From the NCBI GenBank assembly GCA_045220525.1, contig JBGUVV010000195.1:1-33839 (forward strand): DNA of 33,839 bases, in the 5' to 3' direction. This DNA comes from Kiritimatiellia bacterium. GTDB lineage: Bacteria > Verrucomicrobiota > Kiritimatiellia > RFP12 > UBA1067. Of this stretch, positions 1 to 7,880 are shown piece after piece. The translations under genes and the position numbers were made by a program. Every line of letters starts with the position of its first letter. Within the stretch, counting starts at the first letter, position 1. The notes below the pieces were generated by a model, which did no database searches, was not told the DNA's origin, and was given only the letters and a program-made list of their open reading frames with translations.

Positions 1-1010
1 GCCGAAAACGCCGCGCCGCCATTCAGGATGATCCACGCGACGTTCGCGAACGTCTCGACGTTGTTGATGTTCGACGGCTTGTCGGTAAAGCCCTTTTCGG
101 CAGGAAACGGCGGCTTGAGGCGCGGCATCCCGCGGCTACCCTCAAGAGACTCGATGAGGGCCGTCTCCTCGCCGCACACGAACGCGCCTGCGCCGGCCTT
201 GATGCGAAGGCGGCAGGAGAAGCCCGAGCCGAGGATGTTGTCGCCAAGAAGGTTTGCGGCAGTTGCATCCTTTATCGCCTTTTCAAGGCGCACGATCGCA
301 AGCGGATACTCCGCGCGCACATAGACGAACGCCCTGCTCGCCCCGATGGCGTATGCGGCGACAAGCATGCCCTCAATGAGGGAATGCGGATCGGACTCGA
401 TTACGGCGCGGTCCATGAACGCGCCGGGGTCGCCCTCGTCGGCGTTGCAGATGAGATACTTCTCGTCACCCTTCGCGCTGCGGGCGGCGTTCCACTTGAA
501 CCAAGTCGGGAAGCCCGCGCCTCCGCGCCCAGCAAGGCCGGACTTCTTGACCTCCTCGATCACCTCTTCAGGCGACATCCCGGGCCCGCCGTCAGCGCCG
601 AGGATCTTCGCAATCGCGCGGTAGCCGTCGCACGCCCTGTAGGAGTCGATGGACTCGGGGTCGATGACGCCGCAGTGGCGCAGGGCGATACGCGTCTGCT
701 TGGCGAGGAACTCCTCGTCCTCCGGCTTGATCGCCAGATCCGCTACGCCCGAGAGGTCGCCGCTTTCCGCCGCCTTGAATATGCGCTCCGCGTCGCTCTC
801 CTTCACGCGGACAAGCCTGGCCAGGAGCGTTCCCTGTTCCCCGTTCCCCGTTCCCCGTTTCCCGTCATACAGATCGACGATCGGCTCAAGGTAGCACATC
901 CCGATGCAGCCGGTTATCCCGACGTCTGCGCCGGCCTTTTCAAGCGCCGCGCGCACCTTCCCCGCACCTGCGGCAAGGCCGCAGCTTCCCTCTCCGACGA
1001 CTACTCTCAT
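1..1010 (-). CDS. NuoF/HydB-like NADH- and FMN-binding flavoprotein subunit (partial; C-terminus runs off the window)
   Basis: Absent from the ORF track because there is no stop in the window. My reverse-strand translation from ATG 1010-1008 reads MRVVVGEGSCGLAAGAGKVRAALEKAG...GLAGRGGAGFPTWFKW...LICNADEGDPGAFMDR...FVCGEETALIESLEG...FPAEKG. These match the NuoF (51 kDa) family motifs as I remember them. The start overlaps the upstream gene's stop as ATGA. Confidence 0.85.
   Translation of the reverse strand, partial: MRVVVGEGSCGLAAGAGKVRAALEKAGADVGITGCIGMCYLEPIVDLYDGKRGTGNGEQGTLLARLVRVKESDAERIFKAAESGDLSGVADLAIKPEDEEFLAKQTRIALRHCGVIDPESIDSYRACDGYRAIAKILGADGGPGMSPEEVIEEVKKSGLAGRGGAGFPTWFKWNAARSAKGDEKYLICNADEGDPGAFMDRAVIESDPHSLIEGMLVAAYAIGASRAFVYVRAEYPLAIVRLEKAIKDATAANLLGDNILGSGFSCRLRIKAGAGAFVCGEETALIESLEGSRGMPRLKPPFPAEKGFTDKPSNINNVETFANVAWIILNGGAAFS
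829..863. repeat. Heptanucleotide microsatellite (GTTCCCC on plus, GGGGAAC on the coding strand): 3 perfect and 2 imperfect copies inside the NuoF-like CDS
   Basis: Read directly. Perfect gttcccc units are at 836-842, 843-849 and 850-856, flanked by gttccct (829-835) and gtttccc (857-863). The repeat encodes the GKRGTGNGEQG segment. Confidence 0.9.
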
Positions 1011-1498
1011 GATGCCGCGCCCTCCGCCTTTATCCTTCTAACGATCTCACGCGCCTTGTCGGGCGTAAGCGAGCCATACGTAGTCTCGTTCACCATCATG
1101 ACCGGCGACAGCGAACAACACCCGAGGCAGGCGACCTCCTTCAAGGAGAAAAGCCCGTCCGCCGTAGTCTCGCCGTCGCCTATGCCAAGCTCGTCTCCAA
1201 GCGCCTTGGCTATCGCGTCCGCTCCGTTCACGTGGCATGCGGTGCCCTTGCAGAGCATTATGAGGTTCTTGCCGACAGGCTTGAGGCGGAACTGCGTGTA
1301 GAACGTCGCGACACCCATCACCTTTGCAGGGCTCACCCCGACATGCTCGGCGACTGCGTATATGACATCAGTCGGCAGATAGCCATATATCTCCTGCGCC
1401 CTCTGGAGTATGGAAATGAGGGCGTGGGAGTCTCCCTCGAACTCCCTGAACACGGACTCAAGCCGCATCAAATCGCTTTTTGCGCACTTCTCGCACAT
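1007..1498 (-). CDS. NuoE/HydC-like thioredoxin-like [2Fe-2S] ferredoxin subunit
   Basis: 163-aa ORF. CKGTACHVNGA and ACLGCCSLSPV give the four-Cys pattern of the NuoE (24 kDa) family. Its stop overlaps the NuoF-like start. Confidence 0.85.
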   Translation of the reverse strand: MCEKCAKSDLMRLESVFREFEGDSHALISILQRAQEIYGYLPTDVIYAVAEHVGVSPAKVMGVATFYTQFRLKPVGKNLIMLCKGTACHVNGADAIAKALGDELGIGDGETTADGLFSLKEVACLGCCSLSPVMMVNETTYGSLTPDKAREIVRRIKAEGAAS

Positions 1499-1532
1499 CT
1501 CTCTCGCCTTTCAATTGCCGAATAATTAGGAT

Positions 1533-1561
1533 ATTATACCGCACTTCTCCGAAGAGTGCAA
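1533..1561 (-). promoter_or_regulatory. Sigma70-type promoter candidate for the nuoE-like operon (TTGCAC-N17-TATAAT)
   Basis: Reverse-strand reading: cgagccgtcTTGCACtcttcggagaagtgcggTATAATatcc. This lies about 35 nt upstream of ATG 1498. Confidence 0.4.
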
Positions 1562-1583
1562 GACGGCTCGCACATTAATACTG

Positions 1584-3065
1584 TCACCGCAGATCTTCGC
1601 TTCTGTCGGCCGGGATCAGGTTGCGCTTCATGACTCGCGCCGTTGCCTCGCGCATCTCCTTTGCATCGACAACGAGCTTAACATCCCACTCTTCGTCCCT
1701 GTCAAGGTTAAAGCGGACAAAGCCGTCACGGCACTTGTCAACGAGCTCGGTCAAGTGCCGGAGATTGCGCACTTTTACACCGTTGACGCTACGCACGAGC
1801 GATTTGTCCATGCCAAGATAGCCTTCGATCCCCGTGTCAGCAAAGCAGAATGAAATCACAACCGGCTCGTCGTCGGGAAACTCCCTGTTTTTGGTGATAT
1901 CGTCATGGAAGTGCGCCTTGGAATTGACAAGGTAGTCGTAGGAGATCGTAGTGAAGACAAAGCCTCCATATACGAAGTAATCCGGCCTTAAGTTATACAT
2001 CCACCGGCGGACACGGAGATTTATCTTGGACGACACGATGAACGTTTCGACGACACTACCTTCGCGAAGCACCTTCACCGGAACTCTTTCGCCGATCTGG
2101 CGGGTGTAAATCGGATAGAACAGTGAACGCGCAATGCCTCCTTCAAGACGGATTCGTCCGTTGTTGGAAACCTTGTAGCCGTCCACCTCGAGGATTATGT
2201 CGTCTGTGCGAATCGAGTCGTCGCCGAGGACGGGATCCACATGATCTACAATTACACCAGTCTGCCCCGAATCCATTTTGCAATAACGCCGCTTTGACGG
2301 GCTCTCCATCTGATCCCACTCAAACGGAAGGTCGGGAAATCCCTCGACCTTGCCGTCCTTGATGTCGGCGAGGAAATGGCGAATGATGTCTGGCGGAATA
2401 ATGTACCCAAGGGCTTCGCTCTTTTCCTCGTCCTTGCCCTGAAAGGCGATGCCGGCGATCTTCCCGCTCTTTAGGTCAAGAACCGGCCCGCCGCTATTGC
2501 CCGGATTGATGGCGGCATCGACCTGGACGCCGAGAAGCACCGTCCATCCATGCGCATACCTTATGTCCTCTATGCGGGAGATTATGCCACGGGTGAAAGA
2601 GATGTCCTCCCCGCCGATCGGATAGCCAACCGCCAGCACGTCATCCTGCACATGCGGCGTCTCGCCTATCTCCATGGGCGTAATGTCCGCCATGAACTTT
2701 GGATCCTCAACGCTGACAAGCGCAAGATCCGCGTCGTTGTCCGTGAAAAGGACCGATGCATGATAGAGGGCGTCTTCGTTCTGCTTGCGGACGCGGATAT
2801 ACGTCGAGTCGGCAACGCAATGGGCACACGTGAGGATTCGCCCGTTGCCGATTACGACACCGGATCCAGTTCCGCCGTCCGTGTGATTGGACCATGGACA
2901 GAGAATGTCCGACTTGGCAGTCGTGACTTCAAGCTTTACGACGGCGTTGATGGGGTCGTTGCCTTGCTCCGTCGCCGGGTTGGCGATGTCTTCTTGCGCC
3001 CTCGCGGGAAAGGCCGCGGCAAGAGATGCCGCTATCGTCAGCACAGAGAGTCGTAGTTGTTTCAT
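1584..3065 (-). CDS. Secreted trypsin-like serine protease of the HtrA/Deg (S1C) family with a C-terminal PDZ-like region
   Basis: 493 aa with an N-terminal signal peptide (LSVLTIAASLAAAFPARAQE). The catalytic triad context is LTCAHCV, DADLALV and GNSGGP. The overall layout resembles the Deg9/Deg2/Nma111-type Do-like proteases as I recall them. Confidence 0.85.
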   Translation of the reverse strand: MKQLRLSVLTIAASLAAAFPARAQEDIANPATEQGNDPINAVVKLEVTTAKSDILCPWSNHTDGGTGSGVVIGNGRILTCAHCVADSTYIRVRKQNEDALYHASVLFTDNDADLALVSVEDPKFMADITPMEIGETPHVQDDVLAVGYPIGGEDISFTRGIISRIEDIRYAHGWTVLLGVQVDAAINPGNSGGPVLDLKSGKIAGIAFQGKDEEKSEALGYIIPPDIIRHFLADIKDGKVEGFPDLPFEWDQMESPSKRRYCKMDSGQTGVIVDHVDPVLGDDSIRTDDIILEVDGYKVSNNGRIRLEGGIARSLFYPIYTRQIGERVPVKVLREGSVVETFIVSSKINLRVRRWMYNLRPDYFVYGGFVFTTISYDYLVNSKAHFHDDITKNREFPDDEPVVISFCFADTGIEGYLGMDKSLVRSVNGVKVRNLRHLTELVDKCRDGFVRFNLDRDEEWDVKLVVDAKEMREATARVMKRNLIPADRSEDLR

Positions 3066-3142
3066 TTCAGCATTCCTTTCTTTTGCTTTCCGCCGTTATG
3101 GCGGTAGTATACCAAATAATCTGAACGCTCGCCATGAGCACT

Positions 3143-3174
3143 CTAACATACGAGCAACAGCGGCAAATCTGACA
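3143..3174 (-). promoter_or_regulatory. Bipartite motif copy A (TGTCAGAT-N14-CGTATGTTAG), upstream of the HtrA-like gene
   Basis: Reverse-strand TGTCAGAT is at 3174-3167, the 14-nt spacer at 3166-3153 and CGTATGTTAG at 3152-3143. It belongs to a six-member family (see findings). Confidence 0.4.
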
Positions 3175-3254
3175 GCCACCTTATCCTGCCAGACTTCTGC
3201 CGTGCAATAGTTAGGGCAAAGCGTTTGTCAGATTTAACATGGGTCGTTGACTAC

Positions 3255-3316
3255 TTGCGATTTCCTCTGATGCCTATTTGCGGTTTCCTCTGATACCTAC
3301 TTGCGGTTTCCTCGAC
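3255..3316 (+). repeat. 23-bp tandem repeat, about 2.7 copies (ttgcgRtttcctctgatRcctaY)
   Basis: Units are at 3255-3277, 3278-3300 and a partial unit at 3301-3316, read directly. Confidence 0.85.
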
Positions 3317-3913
3317 AAGAATGTCTTAAGGGCTGCCGTGATTTGGCTGCTGGCCCACACATCTCAGCTTTTTACAATTGAAGAGTTCGGAGCTAAAACT
3401 GGTCTCACGAGAGAAACATCACAGACATATATAGCTGCATTGACAGCACTTTATCTCTTCGACAAAGTCCCCGCATGGTCGAAAAGCGACTATGACAAAA
3501 TCGGGAAAAGGCCAAAGTACATTGCTACTGATATCTCGCTTGCCTCAAACATGTTGGGCTGGGACGAAGACAAGGCGATTTTTGACGAGCACATAAATGG
3601 AAAACTTGCAGAGTCGTGGGCGTATCATGAGATAGTTGCTCAGGCAGACATTTCAGGCGACTACAGCATAACGCATTACAGAGACAGCGACAAGCGCGAG
3701 ATAGACTTTGTTGTCGAACGCGACGACGAGCATTGCGCCGGAATAGAGGTAAAATGCGGCTCTGCCGTCGGGGATGAAGATTTCAAGCACCTTAAATGGT
3801 TTCGCACAAAATTCGACATGGAACGCTTTGTTGGAGTCGTCCTTTACACAGGAAACGACGTGCTGAGTTTTGGCGATCACATGTACGCCGTCCCTTTTGC
3901 GAACTTGACATGA
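3278..3913 (+). pseudogene. C-terminal (DUF4143-type) fragment of a COG1373-like AAA ATPase; the N-terminal ATPase domain is missing
   Basis: The 211-aa ORF starts at a TTG inside the tandem repeat. The body (LTRETSQTYIAALTALYLFDKVPAWSK...KRPKYIATDISLASNMLG...YRDSDKREIDFVVE...GIEVKCG) matches the winged-helix plus DUF4143 C-terminal half of roughly 400-aa ATPases. No Walker motifs are present. Confidence 0.55.
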
Positions 3914-4035
3914 CACTTGATCGCCGCGTTTAGTTCCGGACACGACGTGACAATTTTTGAACCACAAAGGAGCAATTTTCTGACAAAAACCGAACCAACA
4001 TTATCTATTCTCCCCACACAGGAACAACGGCTATT

Positions 4036-4170
4036 CTACCGCCTTTTGCTGTGCTTCGAAAGAAAATCCAGCTCGTAAAGTCCCTTGCCCTTGACCCAGA
4101 CCCGAATATTCGCACTGCCGAGGTCAATCCCAATGTCGGCAAATCCAAACAGTTTCGACATAATGTTCAT
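4036..4170 (-). pseudogene. Truncated N-terminal fragment (44 codons) of a second MreB-like paralog
   Basis: My translation is MNIMSKLFGFADIGIDLGSANIRVWVKGKGLYELDFLSKHSKRR*. At both DNA and protein level it is clearly homologous to the first roughly 31 codons of the 5556-6299 gene (MSIFSKLLRFNDIGIDLVAANMRVWVKGKGL). Confidence 0.55.
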
Positions 4171-4522
4171 TATCAAATAGATACGTCAGATCTACCGGCA
4201 GGAAAACCGTGTCAAGCGCAATCTCGCAAGCCTTGTCAACAGCAAAGAAAGGCCATAATCCTATCTCCAGCGCACCAGGCATACCGCAGCAGTCTGGCCG
4301 TGGGTGACGAAACGAATATAGCGACACCGGCTTCCACATTTCAGCCGTGCAAAGGTACGGATACGGAGCGCAGGCGTATGGTAGATCAACGCCAAGGCGA
4401 GAACGCACATTTTCGTCCCCCGTACGCACCAAATAGTTGGCGCACCACGACACGCCTACCGCCATCAGGCATCCAATCGACATAGCCATTCCAAGTTTCA
4501 TCATTCGATTCTTTGTTTTCAT
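4124..4522 (-). CDS. YceK/DUF1375-like putative lipoprotein
   Basis: I place the start at ATG 4522 (MKTKNRMMKLGMAMSIGCLMAVGVSWC). The track's GTG at 4540 lies inside the promoter-like motif. The segment GLWPFFAVDKACEIALDTVFLPVDL resembles the YceK core (LDLPFSLVFDTLLLPIDI, from memory). The 3' end overlaps the MreB-like fragment in another frame, so the true stop is uncertain. Confidence 0.45.
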   Translation of the reverse strand: MKTKNRMMKLGMAMSIGCLMAVGVSWCANYLVRTGDENVRSRLGVDLPYACAPYPYLCTAEMWKPVSLYSFRHPRPDCCGMPGALEIGLWPFFAVDKACEIALDTVFLPVDLTYLFDNEHYVETVWICRHWD

Positions 4523-4543
4523 GGTTTTTGTTAAGCACACATC

Positions 4544-4575
4544 ATCCTATACATCCCAAATCCCGAAATCTGACA
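4544..4575 (-). promoter_or_regulatory. Bipartite motif copy B (TGTCAGAT-N14-TGTATAGGAT), upstream of the YceK-like gene
   Basis: TGTCAGAT is at 4575-4568, the spacer at 4567-4554 and TGTATAGGAT at 4553-4544. It is followed by the conserved leader GTGCTTAACAA and ATG 4522. Confidence 0.4.
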
Positions 4576-4671
4576 CGTACACTTCCAAATCTCCATACTT
4601 CATCTTCTACTTGTGCAGTTCTATAAAATATTTGTAGCCACTCTACGAATCTTACATCGCACTTTCGGTCA

Positions 4672-5526
4672 CTAGACTTGCTTCCTGTTATCCGCAACAG
4701 CTTCAATGAACCGATCGATGAGTACGTCAACCTTCTTCCATGTCTTGACCGCCTTCACCCAGCGCTCTGGGATTGCATCAAACCCATAGAAAGAACCCGC
4801 AATCTGACCAAAGACTGCGCCTATAGAATCAGAATCGCCACCAAGGTTCACGGCGGCGATGAGCCCTTCCTCAAATGACTGCGTAGTGTTAAAAGCCCAC
4901 TCCGCTGCCTGCAGCGAAGCAACTGCCCATCCAGAATTTGGAACAAACTCGCGCTTCAGTTCCACGCTCGGGCCGCGCACTGAACGCATGCCCGCAAAAT
5001 GATCGGAGAGAATTGCCGAAAGTTCGTCGCAAACCGTGCGCACCACAGACGATGCGTGCGTCAGATTGCTGATCTCGTGCATGATTTTAATTGGGCTGCG
5101 CTCGTTCTGCGCTATAAGATACGACGGCGCGAAGCGTACTATCGATCCGTTGCCCTGTGTTTCTTCGCAGCCATTAACAAGTGTTCCGTTGTTAACGAAG
5201 GCCGTGATCGCATCGTAAGTTGCGCCGCCGACATCAAATGCGCGACCATAAATTGACGAAAGATAACCCTCATGCAGCCATTGTCCAAATGTCATGGCTA
5301 TGTCCACCAAGTCATAACCATCCTTGCGGACATATGAGTCCATGATGCACATCGCCATTGCCCCGTCATCCGTCCAAAAGCCAGGCGGCAGGCCAAATAC
5401 AGGACATGCCTCCATTTCCGTTATCCACGGATGTTCTTCTCTTTTACTGAACTGTATAGGGCTTCCAAAGGCATCACCGACAATCAGCCCCCACAGCATC
5501 CCCTTCGCCTTGTCACTGTCGATCAT
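4672..5526 (-). CDS. ADP-ribosylglycohydrolase (DraG/ARH family)
   Basis: 284 aa. LWGLIVGDAFGSPIQF near the N-terminus and NLGGDSDSIGAVFGQIAGSFYG near the C-terminus are the family's metal-binding motifs. An AAGGAA ribosome-binding site precedes the ATG. Confidence 0.85.
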   Translation of the reverse strand: MIDSDKAKGMLWGLIVGDAFGSPIQFSKREEHPWITEMEACPVFGLPPGFWTDDGAMAMCIMDSYVRKDGYDLVDIAMTFGQWLHEGYLSSIYGRAFDVGGATYDAITAFVNNGTLVNGCEETQGNGSIVRFAPSYLIAQNERSPIKIMHEISNLTHASSVVRTVCDELSAILSDHFAGMRSVRGPSVELKREFVPNSGWAVASLQAAEWAFNTTQSFEEGLIAAVNLGGDSDSIGAVFGQIAGSFYGFDAIPERWVKAVKTWKKVDVLIDRFIEAVADNRKQV

Positions 5527-5555
5527 TACAATTTCCTTCTTAGCAATTCGCCATC

Positions 5556-6299
5556 CTAACGCCCCTTGGCGTACTTCGACAAAAAATCAAGTTGATCGAG
5601 GACAACGCCGATACCGCGAATGGTGGCGTGGGCAGGGTTGTCGGCCACGCGGACGGGCAGACCCGTCGCATCGGCGAGCCGCTTGTCCAGTCCGCGCAGA
5701 AGCGCACCTCCTCCCGTCAGGACGATGCCGTTGTCCACAAGGTCAGCGGCAAGTTCCGGTTCGGTAACATCAAGTAATTCCCTTGCGACACTCGTGATCT
5801 GCCCGAGCACATCAACGACGTTGTTCATCCCATCTCCGCCAACACGAGCGAGCTTGGAGTGAACGATGCCGGCAAGCGAGATAACGACAGCCTCCGTCGT
5901 CGAAGCACCAATTTCCACGACCATCCTGCCTTTCGGCTCGGCAACCGGAATCCCAGCACCAATGGCGGCGGCCATCGACGACTCAAGCAAATACACCTCC
6001 TTGGCTCCGGCCGCCTTCGCAGCGCGCTCCAATGTCTGCTTCTGCTCTTCGGTGATGTCGCTATGAACGGAGATTAGCACACGCGGACTGCGCAACATGC
6101 ACCTGCCCACTTTCGCAAGGCAATGGCGTATCGCTTTCTTGGCGGTGTCAAAATCTGAAGTGACGCCATCCTTAAAGGAACTCTCGGCAGACGGTTCATC
6201 CATCACAAGCCCCTTTCCCTTGACCCAGACCCGCATGTTCGCCGCCACGAGGTCGATTCCAATGTCGTTAAATCTAAGCAGCTTTGAGAATATGCTCAT
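5556..6299 (-). CDS. Miniaturised, degenerate MreB-family actin-like protein (247 aa, against about 340 for MreB)
   Basis: LLESSMAAAIGAGIPVAEPKGRMVVEIGASTTEAVVISLAGIV...VGGD and GIVLTGGGALLRGLDKRLADATGLPVRVADNP align with E. coli MreB from memory. Two blocks appear deleted, and the phosphate-binding motifs are altered (DLVAAN for DLGTAN, EIGASTTE for DIGGGTTE). Confidence 0.8.
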   Translation of the reverse strand: MSIFSKLLRFNDIGIDLVAANMRVWVKGKGLVMDEPSAESSFKDGVTSDFDTAKKAIRHCLAKVGRCMLRSPRVLISVHSDITEEQKQTLERAAKAAGAKEVYLLESSMAAAIGAGIPVAEPKGRMVVEIGASTTEAVVISLAGIVHSKLARVGGDGMNNVVDVLGQITSVARELLDVTEPELAADLVDNGIVLTGGGALLRGLDKRLADATGLPVRVADNPAHATIRGIGVVLDQLDFLSKYAKGR

Positions 6300-6330
6300 A
6301 TTTTTGTTCCTCGCTTGTTAAGCACTCACA

Positions 6331-6362
6331 ATCCTATACGACCCAAATCCCAAAATCTGACA
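6331..6362 (-). promoter_or_regulatory. Bipartite motif copy C (TGTCAGAT-N14-CGTATAGGAT), upstream of the mini-MreB gene
   Basis: TGTCAGAT is at 6362-6355, the spacer at 6354-6341 and CGTATAGGAT at 6340-6331. It is followed by GTGCTTAACAA and ATG 6299. Confidence 0.4.
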
Positions 6363-6514
6363 TGCTCAATTCGAAAAAAGGAATCCCCTGTCAGATTCGC
6401 AATGCAACATCGAGAGCAAGGCGCAAGCGGCCAAGCGAGGCCTATGGGCGGCAACCGCCCCCATCCATCCTCGCAAATGGCGGAAAGGAAAACGCAGAGC
6501 TACGGCGCGGCATG

Positions 6515-7849
6515 TCATTGGGCCGCTTTGAACTCGTCTTCTATCAATATAAACCGTTCTAGGAGAGACAGCCACGCCCTTACAAGCTTCTCGTTCTCCA
6601 TCGAAAGCATCTCTGCCTGATTGTACCTCTCGGAAGCGCCAGACTTGTCCCCGTCCTTGTTTTGGTCGCGCAAAGCTTTTATCCGCTGGTTGTTCTCCTC
6701 GCCTTTCTTGTCTATTTCCAGCATTTGATTTAGGATGTCGCGCATTCTCTTGGCCCTGACAGGATCTTTCTCCTCCACTCTCTTGAGTCTTTGCTTGACG
6801 GACTCGTCCGTTCTGCAATAGTACGACCCAGAAAGCGAGGACCACACAGTGTCGTTCTGCGACGACCAGTCGTTCACCTCCTGCTGAATGGCGAAGAACT
6901 GCTTCATGCGCTTGATTTCAGGTTCCAGTTGCTTTCGTTCGCGATAAGACGCATATGCGTATGCAATTGCAGCAAAAAACAAGATCCCCATTGCCGCTTT
7001 ATATATCCACGCGAATCTGGCAACCGCCATCTTGAGACGAAGCCCAGTGAAATCCCTGAGCAGCGCCTTGGCGGACTGGTAGCGCATAGACCTCTTCTCC
7101 TCTGTCGCCTTGTTGAGGATGCGCCACCACGCGGGGAAAAGCGGTGCGCCGGTATCGGCCTCCATTGCAGGCCCCTTGTAAAGGTCTTCAACCGGCCTGC
7201 CGAAGCTCACAGCCTTCAGCGTAAGGCCGAGACTGCAGATGTCGCCGGTAGGTTCGGTGACCTTACCTTCTGGCGGACGATAGACCGGTGTGCCGACGGA
7301 CGAGACCGCATTGGACTCTTCAACGACAAGCCCCGGATCAGAAAGGACTGGACATCCACCGATGTACAACACGTTCCCCGGTTTTATGTCACGATGAAGC
7401 AGATGGTGCTGTTGGAGCACGGCAAGGCCTTTTGCGAGCGAAACACCAAGCTTGACGCATTCATTGAGAGGCAGTGCCTTTACCCCTTCTACAACACTGG
7501 CAAGCGTTTTGGGACGATAGGATTCCACTTTTGGAGATTCACGATCAAACTCGTCGTCCGCAAGACCCATGACAGAATAGAAACCCCAAGGCTCCTCCAC
7601 GATTTCAAACATGGGGACAAGCCCCTCCTGCGGTGGAATCTCGCTGTAGAGCTTAGCACCGCGCAGTTCGCGTTCGTAGCGTTCCTCGCCGATGTCTTCG
7701 CGACGGCAGACCTTCACCGCCACCCGTTCGCCGCGTTGTCCCTCGGCAAGATAGACAACGCCGTAAGCGCCGCGACCAATCTCGCGCACAAGCCGCCATT
7801 CGCCGCAGACAACGCGCTCTTTAGTCTCCTCCGTCATATCCATAACCAT
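6515..7849 (-). CDS. Membrane-anchored Hanks-type Ser/Thr protein kinase (paralog 1)
   Basis: 444 aa with IGRGAYGVVY (Gly loop), VAVKV, HRDIKPGN, LSDPGL (DFG position) and GTPVYRPPE. One TM helix (FAWIYKAAMGILFFAAIAYAYASY) is followed by a charged C-terminal domain of about 140 aa. Confidence 0.85.
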   Translation of the reverse strand: MVMDMTEETKERVVCGEWRLVREIGRGAYGVVYLAEGQRGERVAVKVCRREDIGEERYERELRGAKLYSEIPPQEGLVPMFEIVEEPWGFYSVMGLADDEFDRESPKVESYRPKTLASVVEGVKALPLNECVKLGVSLAKGLAVLQQHHLLHRDIKPGNVLYIGGCPVLSDPGLVVEESNAVSSVGTPVYRPPEGKVTEPTGDICSLGLTLKAVSFGRPVEDLYKGPAMEADTGAPLFPAWWRILNKATEEKRSMRYQSAKALLRDFTGLRLKMAVARFAWIYKAAMGILFFAAIAYAYASYRERKQLEPEIKRMKQFFAIQQEVNDWSSQNDTVWSSLSGSYYCRTDESVKQRLKRVEEKDPVRAKRMRDILNQMLEIDKKGEENNQRIKALRDQNKDGDKSGASERYNQAEMLSMENEKLVRAWLSLLERFILIEDEFKAAQ

Positions 7850-7880
7850 CTGCTCCTTTCTGCGAGTACGAGTTAGGGCA

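Noticed and set aside
384-1301. Long ORFs antisense to, or out of frame with, clear genes in the high-GC parts. Examples: 384-1301 +, 6791-7876 +, 11344-12171 +, 22824-23735 +, 24976-25809 -, 25653-26291 -, 25922-26704 -, 26424-27449 -, 27543-28817 -, 29862-30674 -, 30722-32068 -, 32300-32992 -.
   Set aside because: They overlap ORFs that have strong family motifs. Their translations are Arg/Ala/Pro/Gly-rich low-complexity sequence, typical of stop-poor alternative frames in GC-rich DNA, and no motif was recognisable.
3255-3316. Possible CRISPR array (23-bp repeats here, 42-bp repeats at 23072-23575).
   Set aside because: The 23-bp units are directly tandem with no spacers. The 42-bp units are in-frame coding repeats of the kinase. 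No cas genes are present.
4051-4485. 144-aa plus-strand ORF.
   Set aside because: It overlaps the YceK-like gene and the MreB-like fragment on the opposite strand. Its sequence is low-complexity and basic, with no motif.
6389-6396. Plus-strand TGTCAGAT boxes at 3226-3233 and 6389-6396. Each forms an inverted pair with the minus-strand box of motif A (51-nt gap) or motif C (26-nt gap).
   Set aside because: Neither is followed at N14 by a YGTAT box (TGACTACTTG and CGAGAGCAAG are found instead), so I did not call them promoters. They might be regulator half-sites, but two occurrences are too few to claim that.
6446-6460. GGGCGG-CAA-CCGCCC hairpin downstream of kinase paralog 1, as an intrinsic terminator.
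   Set aside because: It has a 6-bp stem only, and no U-tract follows on the transcribed strand.
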